A DNA stretch of 64,000 nucleotides from Puniceicoccaceae bacterium. GTDB taxonomy: Bacteria > Verrucomicrobiota > Verrucomicrobiia > Opitutales > Oceanipulchritudinaceae. Positions 23,201 to 28,334 of this stretch are shown one piece after another (positions within the stretch are counted from its first letter, which is position 1; each line of letters starts with the position of its first letter). The stretch spans positions 1 through 64,000 of the forward strand of contig JBFOMH010000007.1 in the NCBI GenBank assembly GCA_040830765.1, in the 5' to 3' direction. The notes below the pieces were generated by a model that was not told the origin of the DNA, made no database searches, and saw only the letters and a list, made by a program, of their open reading frames with translations. The position numbers and the translations under genes are program-made.

Positions 23201-24035
23201 GCCATGCGGTGAGGAACTCGACGGCATCCGTCCGATCGTCCCCATTGGTATCCAAAGCGTCCAGCACCTGTTCATCTTCATCCGAAGGATCGAAGAATGC
23301 ATCCGGATACATGGTACCGGTGAATCCATCCGCGTTGGTGTCGACAGGCAGGCTGAGCAGGTCCTTCACTGTGGGCGACTCAAATAACTTGATTCCCCCG
23401 GTGTCCTCTCCTGTCTGCAATAGAATCGGCATCCGGTCGCCGAGCAATTCTTCCCCATTGATGAATTGGCTGATTTGGTAACCCAGGACAGCGATCCCAT
23501 CCGCCAAACCCTCAGTTGCCGCGTCCGCAGGCACATCAACGGAGGTCTGTGAAACGGCGGCAAGATCAGCAGAATCCTTTTCAATCACTTGATAATAGGC
23601 AGACTCCAAAGAAGGCGGACCATTGCCAGCATGCAGTGTCGTCACAAGTTCACTGGGCCAGCGGGCAGAAAGGTCCACCGGTCCGGAGGTTAATAGAATT
23701 TCCCGGGAGGGATTGAAAAGTCTTGCTGAGAAAGCCCCATGGAGTTCCAGACCTTGTTCCACTTCGTCATTTGCTTCCGGCTCAATGCTGACTGAAGCGT
23801 CGACCCCAGGCAGCGCTTCGTCTTCGACATTGTCAAAGATGCCCTCACTTCGCTCGGAGCCTTCAGAATCCACAACAAACGATGTCTCGGCATAAGCAAC
23901 CTCAACGGACAAGGCTGTATCCTCCACAGGTCCATCGAACTCCGCCAGTATGCCCATTCCATCTGCGGATAGCAGCAGCCGAGGCTCCAAAGCCTCCAGC
24001 TTGCAAGGCCCCATGGACTGGTTGCGGCTTCCCAT
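8223..24035 (-). CDS. Giant LEPR-XLL protein (5270 aa) with many RTX/hemolysin-type Ca-binding repeats and C-terminal concanavalin A/LamG-like domains; putative adhesin or surface protein
   Basis: N-terminal LEALEPRLLLS. Dozens of GGxGxD nonapeptides (~10000-15750). Very acidic, Gly/Asp-rich. Two beta-sandwich-like C-terminal modules (~8600-9660). Confidence 0.9.
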   Translation of the reverse strand: MGSRNQSMGPCKLEALEPRLLLSADGMGILAEFDGPVEDTALSVEVAYAETSFVVDSEGSERSEGIFDNVEDEALPGVDASVSIEPEANDEVEQGLELHGAFSARLFNPSREILLTSGPVDLSARWPSELVTTLHAGNGPPSLESAYYQVIEKDSADLAAVSQTSVDVPADAATEGLADGIAVLGYQISQFINGEELLGDRMPILLQTGEDTGGIKLFESPTVKDLLSLPVDTNADGFTGTMYPDAFFDPSDEDEQVLDALDTNGDDRTDAVEFLTAWLFTPLVDYLNSHPATTGDIVDFLKGSGIFDNGLDRHLTDFRTSFFDPSGPEVHFNIVDINTGDTTEDPDAELTFVLRFELSVSQDMPIDLGLDADAFRMFPFTGTWENAGQVKVPVTTTLGFRFEFGIHTGGQTSDDVIDAEDFFIRWADPLTVSAQSNVSPLDFHMHVGFLGTEVTGGSLNFNATVETDLIDANDPDLLGFTDAQFGLEKTAGYVTGNSAIPSWNLEHDVGFFLRLGNLGESTPVLVPAGDYVNKAGLQAAINLALADADIDHLVFAVIDGVNHLSFGLWPTLTTNPLGMGNETISSAVLPLNAISGNATFEYSSNVTFLLSENGEVPGVVSLRFADPSETDIGFSEGLTASLVDDLEADLIANSNEFGGDALFTLRVRFDDGTSHQAQVNVTKVSTGDNLGDTDKLVVDLQDALDAALFTNITAGQSGGYLYISGDSSVAGITLLSIDSTYAESGLGFIGPKAVTVQLTGGTVGDTDFDDGDAYTDDTAVFHMRTNLGTFATYVISAAEGRDLLGLIAAINTAISGTGVEAVESSGQVRLKATSDSVWDIQVRVKNQDMDDMVADLQRALNYAGLSGVNALNSGGTIWLQGGAPDDVLEISGTLTFDAGITYSELLVPAAELFEASKGGSSNVQILLPVTVNAGLDDATTGPPDNFQVTDARLVANFDPFNSDKAEYDDVERRFRLIFTYDPNPGLPDQDSPASSVPGPGGISNEIRLVNFGELLNFSILNAESMIGLISSLGTALQQLSQTEVFRDYQIPFADATLSQFFNYADGDGERYGGLIDMLVFDVGVDGLEGPDGTNRLMKLTTIDGTKTLVTTFFTAQSLADRLDFLLGPGLVQAAYHSGNNELTYQLVLEGYGRNIVTDNDRNEDTADGLVPFEFNVPLDPFSKLAPDSAAAAADVSVTISGRTGLAMTMGVDLSPPGFAIFDTTSFDELNGEDGLDFMEVKAVTFPREFDVPRIVPLGGAEREYLYPFLLDVAFSVEVNAGPEVEIVLPGFQKYWSIEDLVNQVNDAIADAGLDAVLVADYDSTTPPDGSLYDTSRIVIAALDPSTDFTIKVNNEYSQQQLGYPVVYPAEVSDVAIKADFIIQTRDGVEHLVSIDDVPGPTMADLIGYLNTIAPFSFEAAYNFLHSGLRLKDITGGTEAFQISTINGSEALLGLGLFLTEPDLLPPPAETELVGNPNVIEGGNIGLTSLDGRFFVRDAEMQLGLSMATVNPGTGVPGSGLYGIVGVDVHVDGSLTAEISADLADPGGPKNQITLEELMKQDFTLYPATVEKLLKLDYDNELGPTDFTPGDVLIGADPGDIAVIATVVASGSTGYLLLSNVTGTFSDDDVIVAPDTGTVAQVNGIPEPEGNFGSFNLVVQVQEGFDDLAFDSDFKALDDAPYTVPFVLVDFGNPYVPTEPSTGGLVLNSLGDLRFLDDYDYDSVRRLVNGLLNVVLDVNTSFTELNKLLPAINRSVGQLLDLTGAFERGAANIEEVLAAAEFAIGPEGFELGLPALRLQDLPQALRGAFGLPDGVDPYGGGGPVNYVKLDYDTGSTELLLSMNLFNEVSTKLGLDIVTGPTSPNLTSAGVLEVYGALAVHLETATDLNSPSQIYLLDSSYIGGGIDVIGEGQEYDIPGGQKGLGLVFRSNVGPLSVFIKDGDVLISFVFILPGLDFGGSGRQLLDTVAYGDWIAPLILADDIEIVLPMFYGGEGPNDFIGEYAASGGIAGLTVTEPDYGDIVDDITEEVVPYDPFENILLAIDTLDLYLELLSDELAGEVLGIDLPFIGDQMADILFIEDFRRALTRTIKNGVENAVDPDPDTIIQSLITAAFTGPLSAYLISGPVQTNNLGPAVPPEDRYREWTFTVGRTDTQAQILTFDDFDIGPDHLLFDMEAPLTVTFDWSIEITFGVDFGNGAYIDVSDADDVDLDLKIELPGTGPFDGELGFLKLDVTDPGGNSGADLVFAVDVKNGTTGEARLGFADIGSLNPEATLTGNRLDGATYAANLHLITKTVSILPVMTSDFIFDWALPTTDVDDLEGDAVTPGIQLIKLDGMEFDALYAVQEALGQPLQKIAEFIEPFMPVIDILTAEIPILSDLAGEPFTLIDLAGLLSDDVDTRFIEAVADILKLIGEIGQLGSLPTLILGDLTLFDIGTPGSNYFNPDPLTGDPLGAEALLLTTPGLNIDSQFSTLISGSSFLTDLGTGNLVDGLTMPIFDPSLGALEIIKMFVNQDATIVEYELPPLSVGFEYLQVFPVWGPLAVSIEINFSFTLDLHSVGFDTYGIRRWAQTDFRNGALILDGFFFSDGETDTSDDPEIIFQFGLVGAAELNLIIARGGVGGGVNALITFDWNDSVADGHVHISEIYGNIEMDGLLGAFDVGGKLTFELFAFLEVSLLGIEEEFPITPEITLLDFGVDFERLPRLGTEEGGVLYLNMGPNAQDRLNGDTSDGNEDFTVTYVSDGKVKVSSSNLGVTSGQEYEGVHEIIAYGGEGNDTITFKNFDADTSDGGSQITGYVFGGVGDDTIVFDGTTASSDTEGFIIIGGLGNDTLKGGPANDVIYGNEGNDTVWGNGGYDILFGDDGRFATTYISSRIQETDGADNMDGGKGDDVVIGAGGSDILRGGDGIDLILGDGGRFAYTMSGEHVDVAGLLPAAYVPVPISSYVEPAIISAGIDAVEDAVLDRIRAANLGLGGNDEIHGDGGNDLVLGGTGDDTIEGNGGDDILLGGKGFDKISGGANNDSIYGGDQADVLYGNDGDDVMAGGSGNDFMHGDGDNDVMKGDTGADVMFGDAGDDQVFGQTEPDLLFGGVDDDLVVGGSSNDIMFGDDGLIAKLATDLDPTVVSIGIGNAALLVGQFHDQDIRTLDLIITDVVNGDGDDILSGDAGDDIMLGGGGNDLFGGDVDPRLPVANTPAPEDVTPISEDVIIGDGGKVTFNERRFRSIETIIGAVDVDANVDGHPFDDIIYGDNGQDYILGGRGSDYLFGGHGKVVDITEPNFEDALGAFRGPTDPEASDNDIIVGDNGELLFADDTHEPNFGHLEMVRTTDEDDVTGGHEYVEGELDNDVIFGGVNGSVDVLFGSDGQDIILGDNGEIDFSLDEALGAGIPDLNTIDLIRSYRDGLGGEDWISGDQGDDVLIGGTAGDLMYGDDATASHGSLDGEDIMLGDNGKVELINDPSYDFDSPDAYLNDITNFGRLYVQVAASEYPTTVDLIATIDDIDEGDPDFDELSEVEAIGGPDTMSGNAKADIMLGGVNNGGTDFMYGDRVVPDSTTIADDADDIMLGDNGLLDFTYAADTDRTTLDLIQSFEDGLGGTDDMSGNKGEDVAIGGTGDDTIYGDDDDASAASADMDDILIGDNADIFLVAVGSASGGDLKVVLDAAVKTIVTTDEDDDDPLDTGGVDTISGNAGGDIIAGGVEGDYLYGDRASPTASTTADDGDDIILGDNGSWEWLSTGRLDEIYGIDIDANNPELFAKFDPAEADTDLTTLDLVTTEQPRNGGRDWIYGDEGSDLIFGGTDLDTIYGDDADEVDFFAVATLNNDVMFGDHGRLYPQYARWYEDPADTALVPALVDGHVFHARNYFAIHTAEADAGEGDVMHGEEGDDIMLGQQGDDRMWGGSDDDDMTGGHNVSGDQGIGGGYDELGETNAGIPEVTVSLNPSNGDLKMNDLMDGGTGNDSMAGDNTIIWRRGDVANPRFRDLTGDQLYTTGPDTITTNITSDKQLDPDQSTGRDVQLVDHDDGIEAIANGRYGQDVMAGGPGADIMYGQLGDDLMQGDGAIESIQNVGVDEEGDPFVSHELEVVDDTTKTPDTDETLYFNIPEAVTDGDDYMEGNGGNDLMYGGLGQDDMIGGSSALFGLDSVNAALLTLTAEQMRPDGSDIIFGGAGVDIDYNDIGDATWYDDIATTYDEQVILTDPTGHANDADFIMGDNANVYRIVETNADPQAPDVFRTYNYDESFTTDEGSEDRGEIRIIPRAMEQLDYTLGGADYATLGQDYTPSGAAIIDGVADNGLADIIHGEAGDDYIFGMTGSDAIYGEGQDDDIVGGYGNDWIAGGTGQDGVVGDDGLLLTSRNSVEGEPLYGIAGLLDRDASPRYSNGDALGELIYTPGEIQIARIHLEGALKKTADLVPFSYEYGWMAMDDEFHDDDTNTPYADDIIFGGLGSDFLHGGSGDDAMSGAGALPDAYVPTFDLDGNPDGVLNLGYNVFQLPNPINPGDTVSLAVLEAGNVLAFNPVDQDGQHLNNRFRAGEFFLYDEYDPRRKILLDPATGELYKLDDGGGVEFLLNFDESAASLGVTRPAGEVPKPTGQQVESYPQVYDDGKDAIFGDNGNDWIVGGTGRDNIYGGWGNDLLNADDKHDINDDGTKVNTVPDTHPTYEDRAYGGAGRDVLIGNTGGDRLIDWVGEYNSYLVPYAPFGQASVSRTLQPFLPEFLYALSAADGADPTRYVDAIGAIIPEPTKNNPNPSRNGEPHGELGMVLQKDFAWQDQTGAPADPQAGNIPGGPRDVLRSAGFNDGSSDGFFADSGVWSVEKGAYLVEPEFRGGDALSVYHVDEYIPNYFEMLASLNPVKPIKGYKSNAYIVFDYQSDTDFKFAGINVSNSKLEIGHRTETEWIVDVQAVYPGSLKAGTNYNVFLALNGSTVTLTVDNKVSLSHVFELRIDAFGIAHGLKDGMVGLGANNSKAMIDNVIVQRLRPPVTFTLTETFEAVSSGLFAEPISGSWVTENGFVTASLGGDVAAIDLIQLDVSPASLIRLAATLTANGEGGFVFDQYGLEDYKFVVVSSDSGEVLIGHRTAKGFFVDAAFADRDLRKGAQDIEVTLKGSTVSVMWNEQLILGHAFNALVTDGSFGILANHGQVAFDEVTFQTDDFAYASEASPAPIDESVSQPVTVLDDLVAPDSESHSSDSNVQPAIHHPAEFYTISAHTVELQTTDPQPVVVGNFWPPQLSSAVTSFAPPLNFINRDYSVMSLVEFKPLNPVSDTVDADNLYSLY

Positions 24036-24120
24036 AATCGCAATTCCCTGCTGCCGGAATAGCGACCACTTTGCATGGGGGGCGGTGCAAATATGGTCTT
24101 GCGCCCGTTTGAGTAGAGAG

Positions 24121-24179
24121 AGGGAAAACCCTTACACCCAAATAAAGTATGGGTCAATATAATTTTACTTTAAAGTAAA
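24121..24179. promoter_or_regulatory. AT-rich promoter region with palindromes AGGGAAAACCCT (24121-24132) and TTTACTTTAAAGTAAA (24164-24179)
   Basis: Both inverted repeats are read directly in the 157-bp gap between the secA-like stop and the giant gene start. Confidence 0.35.
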
Positions 24180-24192
24180 TTAACCTTGCCGC

Positions 24193-26178
24193 TCAGACCA
24201 TGCTCTTCCCGGAAAACCCGGTCGCTTCATCGAGCCAGGTGTCCATTTTCATGACATTTTTCCGGGACAGGAAAGCGACCCGCTGGGCCTTCCACTGGAC
24301 AAATCCGTTAACAAAGCGACCGACCAGTCGGGCTCCTGGAATCCCTTTCTGCATACTCCAAGTGAACAGGGAAACCAGCCACTTGGGAGCAAAGCGGTGC
24401 AGTAATTCGTCCTCACAACTGACAAAGGCGATGGCGGATCCGGGATCTCCCTGACGTCCGGAACGTCCAAAAAGCTGCCGATCAATGCGTCCCGCCTCGT
24501 GGCGTTCGGTGGCGATAACATGGAGGCCTCCAAGCTCTGAAACACCCTCCCCGAGCTCGATATCGGTCCCGCGCCCGGCCATGTTGGTGGCGATGGTTAT
24601 GGTGCCGGGAGCCCCTGCGTTAGCGATGATCTTGGCTTCCTGACGGTCATTGAGGGCATTGAGCAGGTTGATCTTGAAACCCTCCGAATGGAGCCGCTTG
24701 GCAAGGACCTGGCTGGTGAAGATGTTCCGGGTCCCAACGAGGACCGGGCGGCCGGCCTGATGGCAGGCCTCAACCTCGCTGATGACCGCATCCAGCTTGG
24801 ACTCCAGGGTCCCGTACATCTGGTCCGTAAGGTGGCGCCGGACCACCGCACGGTTGGTCGGAATGCGGATGACCGGGAGATGATAGGTATACCAGAGCTC
24901 GGAAGCGGCCTCCCAGGCCGTCCCGGTCATGCCGGAAAGCTTGCTGTAGAGCCGGAAATAACGCTGGAAACTGAGCCGGGCCAGTGTCTGGTCGACCGGC
25001 GAGAGCGGTACCCCTTCCTTGGCCTCAATGGCCTGATGGAGACCATGGCGCCATTTGCGGTTGGGCATCATCCGACCGGTGAATTCATCAACGATAACCA
25101 CCTTGTTCTGCTGGACAACATACTGCTTCCCGCGCTTGAAAAACTCCTTTGCATTGAGGGTCTGCTCAACCAGCTCAAAGGGGCGTGAAGCCCCTCTCCA
25201 GCGTTCCGGGAGGAGGTCCAGTTTCGACTCCACAACCCGCCTGCCAGTGCTGGTCAGGGTCACTTCCTTGTAGCGGACATCCACCTTGTAATGCTCGTCC
25301 GGTTTCATCTGGTAAGCGATGTCCCAGACCACCTTGTAGACCTGATGGAGGAGGTTGTTGTCCGTAGGAGCAGAGATAATGAGGGGCGTTACGGCTTCAT
25401 CAATGAGGACACTGTCCGCCTCGTCGACAATCGCGGTGTGCATGCCGCGCATGACCAGGCCATCCGCGGCCTTGTAGGGGTGCAGATGCCGGTCCAGAAG
25501 GCGCTGGGTCGGATGTTGCTTGTCTCCGAGCTTGAGCCGGTCGCGGAGGAAGTCGGCCACAACCTCCTTACTGGTGGTGTAGGTCACGTCCTTGGCGTAG
25601 CCACGGGCCCGGTCTTCCGGTTGCAGGATACTGGTCACGAAGCCTACGGACACGCCGCAAAACCCATAGAGCTCTTCAAACCATTCCGCATCCCGCTTGG
25701 CGAGATAGTCATTGACCGTAATGATATGGCAAGGACGCCCGGTCCATCCGGCAAGGACGGCTGCCAGGGCGGCGGTCAGGGTCTTACCTTCCCCAGTTGC
25801 CATCTCGGCCAAATAGCCCTGGTGAAGGGCCAGCGCCCCCATGATCTGGACTGTAAAGGGGCGCATCCCGGTTACCCGCTGGGCAGCTTCACGGATGGCC
25901 GCCAAGGCATCCGGAATCGCCTCCTCGACATCCTTTCCGGCCCGCCTGAACTGCTCCTTGAACTCACCCAAGTGCTTCTGCAGGGCCTGGTCGGAAAGAA
26001 ACTTCCAGTCTTCCTCCTTGGAATCAACCAGTTCGGCTATCCGGCGCAAGTTGCGCTGAATGCCCCTGCGGCGCTGATAGCGACCGATGAGGGAATCAAC
26101 GAGGCGATCCAGCCCGGTGGGTGGTTCCTTGACCTGCGGTATCTGACAAGGCCGGTATTCCTGGACGATCGTGCTCAT
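24193..26178 (-). CDS. secA: Accessory SecA-like ATPase (SecA_DEAD, PPXD, NBD2); most of the scaffold, the wing and the C-terminal tail are missing
   Basis: Motifs EMATGEGKT, TVNDYLAKRD, IVDEADSVLIDEA, GLHQAIEAKEG, GMTGTA, ATNMAGRGTDI, RIDRQLFGRSGRQGDPG. Start placed at MSTIVQE (26178), which forms an ATGA overlap with the upstream gene; about 661 aa. Confidence 0.9.
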   Translation of the reverse strand: MSTIVQEYRPCQIPQVKEPPTGLDRLVDSLIGRYQRRRGIQRNLRRIAELVDSKEEDWKFLSDQALQKHLGEFKEQFRRAGKDVEEAIPDALAAIREAAQRVTGMRPFTVQIMGALALHQGYLAEMATGEGKTLTAALAAVLAGWTGRPCHIITVNDYLAKRDAEWFEELYGFCGVSVGFVTSILQPEDRARGYAKDVTYTTSKEVVADFLRDRLKLGDKQHPTQRLLDRHLHPYKAADGLVMRGMHTAIVDEADSVLIDEAVTPLIISAPTDNNLLHQVYKVVWDIAYQMKPDEHYKVDVRYKEVTLTSTGRRVVESKLDLLPERWRGASRPFELVEQTLNAKEFFKRGKQYVVQQNKVVIVDEFTGRMMPNRKWRHGLHQAIEAKEGVPLSPVDQTLARLSFQRYFRLYSKLSGMTGTAWEAASELWYTYHLPVIRIPTNRAVVRRHLTDQMYGTLESKLDAVISEVEACHQAGRPVLVGTRNIFTSQVLAKRLHSEGFKINLLNALNDRQEAKIIANAGAPGTITIATNMAGRGTDIELGEGVSELGGLHVIATERHEAGRIDRQLFGRSGRQGDPGSAIAFVSCEDELLHRFAPKWLVSLFTWSMQKGIPGARLVGRFVNGFVQWKAQRVAFLSRKNVMKMDTWLDEATGFSGKSMV

Positions 26179-28331
26179 ATCCCATATCGACGCTGGAGCA
26201 ACTGGCGGAGCTTGCGGATCCATTGCCGGAGCAAAGGTTCCCTTGGTAAATCATATCGGATGCGGCCACCTCTCCCATGGTAAACCGTCACCCCGTCGAG
26301 CTCGACAAACTGCGACCGCACCTCGAAAAACGGCTCCGATGCCCGAGTCCCGGACTGGTCCTGCAGGTCAACGGCGACCTCCCCTCCCCCGGCCCATCCA
26401 AGGGCAGGTGACGGCAGGTTCTGCCGGTCAGCTGGAATCACATGGTGGGAGGCAATGCCCAGGGTCTCGCCGGCCTGCCCGTAAATCTTCACCTCGGACT
26501 GCTGAATCTCGTTTGTGAAAAGGCGCGAGGCCTCATTCTGGGAAACGATCGAGGAAAAATAATAATTGGAATTGTCGATCAGCTGACCCAGCGCGAAACC
26601 CCGTTCAAGCCAGGATCCGACGTAGTCATCGATTTCCGGGGAAACCCAGACACCGGCGTGGGGGGCCCGGACGATCAGTGCATCGCGTGCCTCATAAAGG
26701 CGATCGAGGAGCTTTTGGGTGGCCTCGATCCGGCTTTCCAGGGCCTTGATATCGGCTGTTGATTCCCTCAGGGCCCGCCGGAGCATGGCATCCGTTCCAT
26801 CGAGTTGGGCCTGTGCGCCCTCAATCCGCAATTCCAGTTCCTTGTTGTAGAGCCTGATCAAGGGATCCCCGGCGACAACTTGCCCACCATCGGGAACAAA
26901 GACCTCAACCACCTCACCGGAAACATCCGGCGCCACGACGGAATAGGTTTCCGCCAGCATTACCCCCGGAGAGCGAAACCGGTTCGGGAAGGGAATCACA
27001 TCCAGGACCAGAACCAGCACCAGGATGAAGGACACCACTACGGAAATCGCCCGGAAGCGGGTCCGGTCCAGTTTGGGATCGCTGGCCAAATAGATGACCA
27101 ACTTGTAGAGCGGGACGATTATCCAGGCAAAGGCACAGACAACCGCCATGATCATACCAAGGATGAGGAAGCGGTCCGCCAGGAAAAAGAGGATCGTCGT
27201 GAAGATGATGATTTTGTAAATCCAGCTGGCGATGGCGAAGACGGTCAGCCAGACAGCTTCCTTGCGGGAACGGGCGGGACTGGTCGACTTCTTGTATCCG
27301 AAAGCATAATACTCGATGAAGTGCTTGATCAGGCCGGTCGAGCGCTGGTGCAGGTTGGGGATGTCGAGCAGGTCGGAAAGGATATAGTAGCCATCGAAAC
27401 GCAGGAGCGGATTGGCATTGAAAAGAACGGTTGAGACCGAGGCCACGAACATCATGTTGTAGGCCAGGCTGTGAATGGTCCCAGGCCCTGTCTTGACCCA
27501 GACAAAGGCCGCCAGGGCAGCCACGAACATCTCCACTATCATCCCTGAGGCCCCCACCAGGGCCCGTTGCCATCGACTGCGGAAGGACCACGAGGCAGTG
27601 GCGTCCATGTAGGGTATCGGTGTAAAGAGCAGGAACATGATCCCCATCGTATGCACCTCGCCGCCAAACCGGCGGCAGGCAAAGGCATGCCCGAACTCAT
27701 GCAGGGTCTTGATGATGACCAGTCCAAGGTAGAGGAAGAACAGGTTGTCCGGAGCAAGGATTCCCTCGGACTGGCTCCAGAGGTCCTCGAAGTTGTCGAT
27801 TACTACCTTCAGGGCCAGACCGACAACCACCAGCCAGACCAAGAGTCCGGCCCAACTGAAAACCGCTTTCCCGACCGGGAGGGCCCGCTTGAGAAAATTG
27901 TCCGGATCAAAAAGCGGGATCCGGGCAAACATGATGCTGCGAAAGAAGGCCTTCCGCTCCTTTTGCTTCCGCTTGGTGTAGCGGTCAAAGAGCCGGGCGC
28001 TGTCGGGTGCGAGGATGGACTGGAGGAGGTTGGCACCATACAACTGGGCCAGCAGACGGATCACCTCTTCCTGTCCGGGGGCATTCTCCGGGTCGGCGTC
28101 GAAACACTCGTGCCACACCGAGTCAACCGTCCGGTCAGGACTCAGGCGGGACAGGAATTCATAGGCTGGCGGGCGAACCCGGAAAAACTGGTTGTTGAAA
28201 ATATCCTGCAGCACGTACCAGCGTTCCCCCCGGAAAAACTGCCGGTGCACGCGTACATGCGGCCGCAGGCTGACGCGCTGCTGGGCAATCCTGAACCAGG
28301 ACTCACTGTAGGTGGAGGGTGTTTCGGCCAT
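26175..28331 (-). CDS. PqqD/RRE-like domain + M50 (site-2) membrane metalloprotease + HlyD-type membrane fusion domain
   Basis: HEFGH within a TM segment and NANPLLRFDG (M50 zinc ligands). N-terminal ~100 aa with a three-strand/three-helix RRE-like pattern. C-terminal lipoyl-like halves flanking a coiled coil. Confidence 0.85.
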   Translation of the reverse strand: MAETPSTYSESWFRIAQQRVSLRPHVRVHRQFFRGERWYVLQDIFNNQFFRVRPPAYEFLSRLSPDRTVDSVWHECFDADPENAPGQEEVIRLLAQLYGANLLQSILAPDSARLFDRYTKRKQKERKAFFRSIMFARIPLFDPDNFLKRALPVGKAVFSWAGLLVWLVVVGLALKVVIDNFEDLWSQSEGILAPDNLFFLYLGLVIIKTLHEFGHAFACRRFGGEVHTMGIMFLLFTPIPYMDATASWSFRSRWQRALVGASGMIVEMFVAALAAFVWVKTGPGTIHSLAYNMMFVASVSTVLFNANPLLRFDGYYILSDLLDIPNLHQRSTGLIKHFIEYYAFGYKKSTSPARSRKEAVWLTVFAIASWIYKIIIFTTILFFLADRFLILGMIMAVVCAFAWIIVPLYKLVIYLASDPKLDRTRFRAISVVVSFILVLVLVLDVIPFPNRFRSPGVMLAETYSVVAPDVSGEVVEVFVPDGGQVVAGDPLIRLYNKELELRIEGAQAQLDGTDAMLRRALRESTADIKALESRIEATQKLLDRLYEARDALIVRAPHAGVWVSPEIDDYVGSWLERGFALGQLIDNSNYYFSSIVSQNEASRLFTNEIQQSEVKIYGQAGETLGIASHHVIPADRQNLPSPALGWAGGGEVAVDLQDQSGTRASEPFFEVRSQFVELDGVTVYHGRGGRIRYDLPREPLLRQWIRKLRQLLQRRYGI

Positions 28332-28334
28332 GAT

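Noticed and set aside
8223..24035. Pore-forming RTX or MARTX toxin
   Set aside because: No toxin effector, acyltransferase or ABC transporter recognised; RTX repeats only indicate calcium binding.
24193..26223. Housekeeping secA, and the longer start at 26223
   Set aside because: Too short, lacks the C-terminal domains and is embedded in the TolC/MFP operon. The 26178 start gives a clean ATGA overlap.
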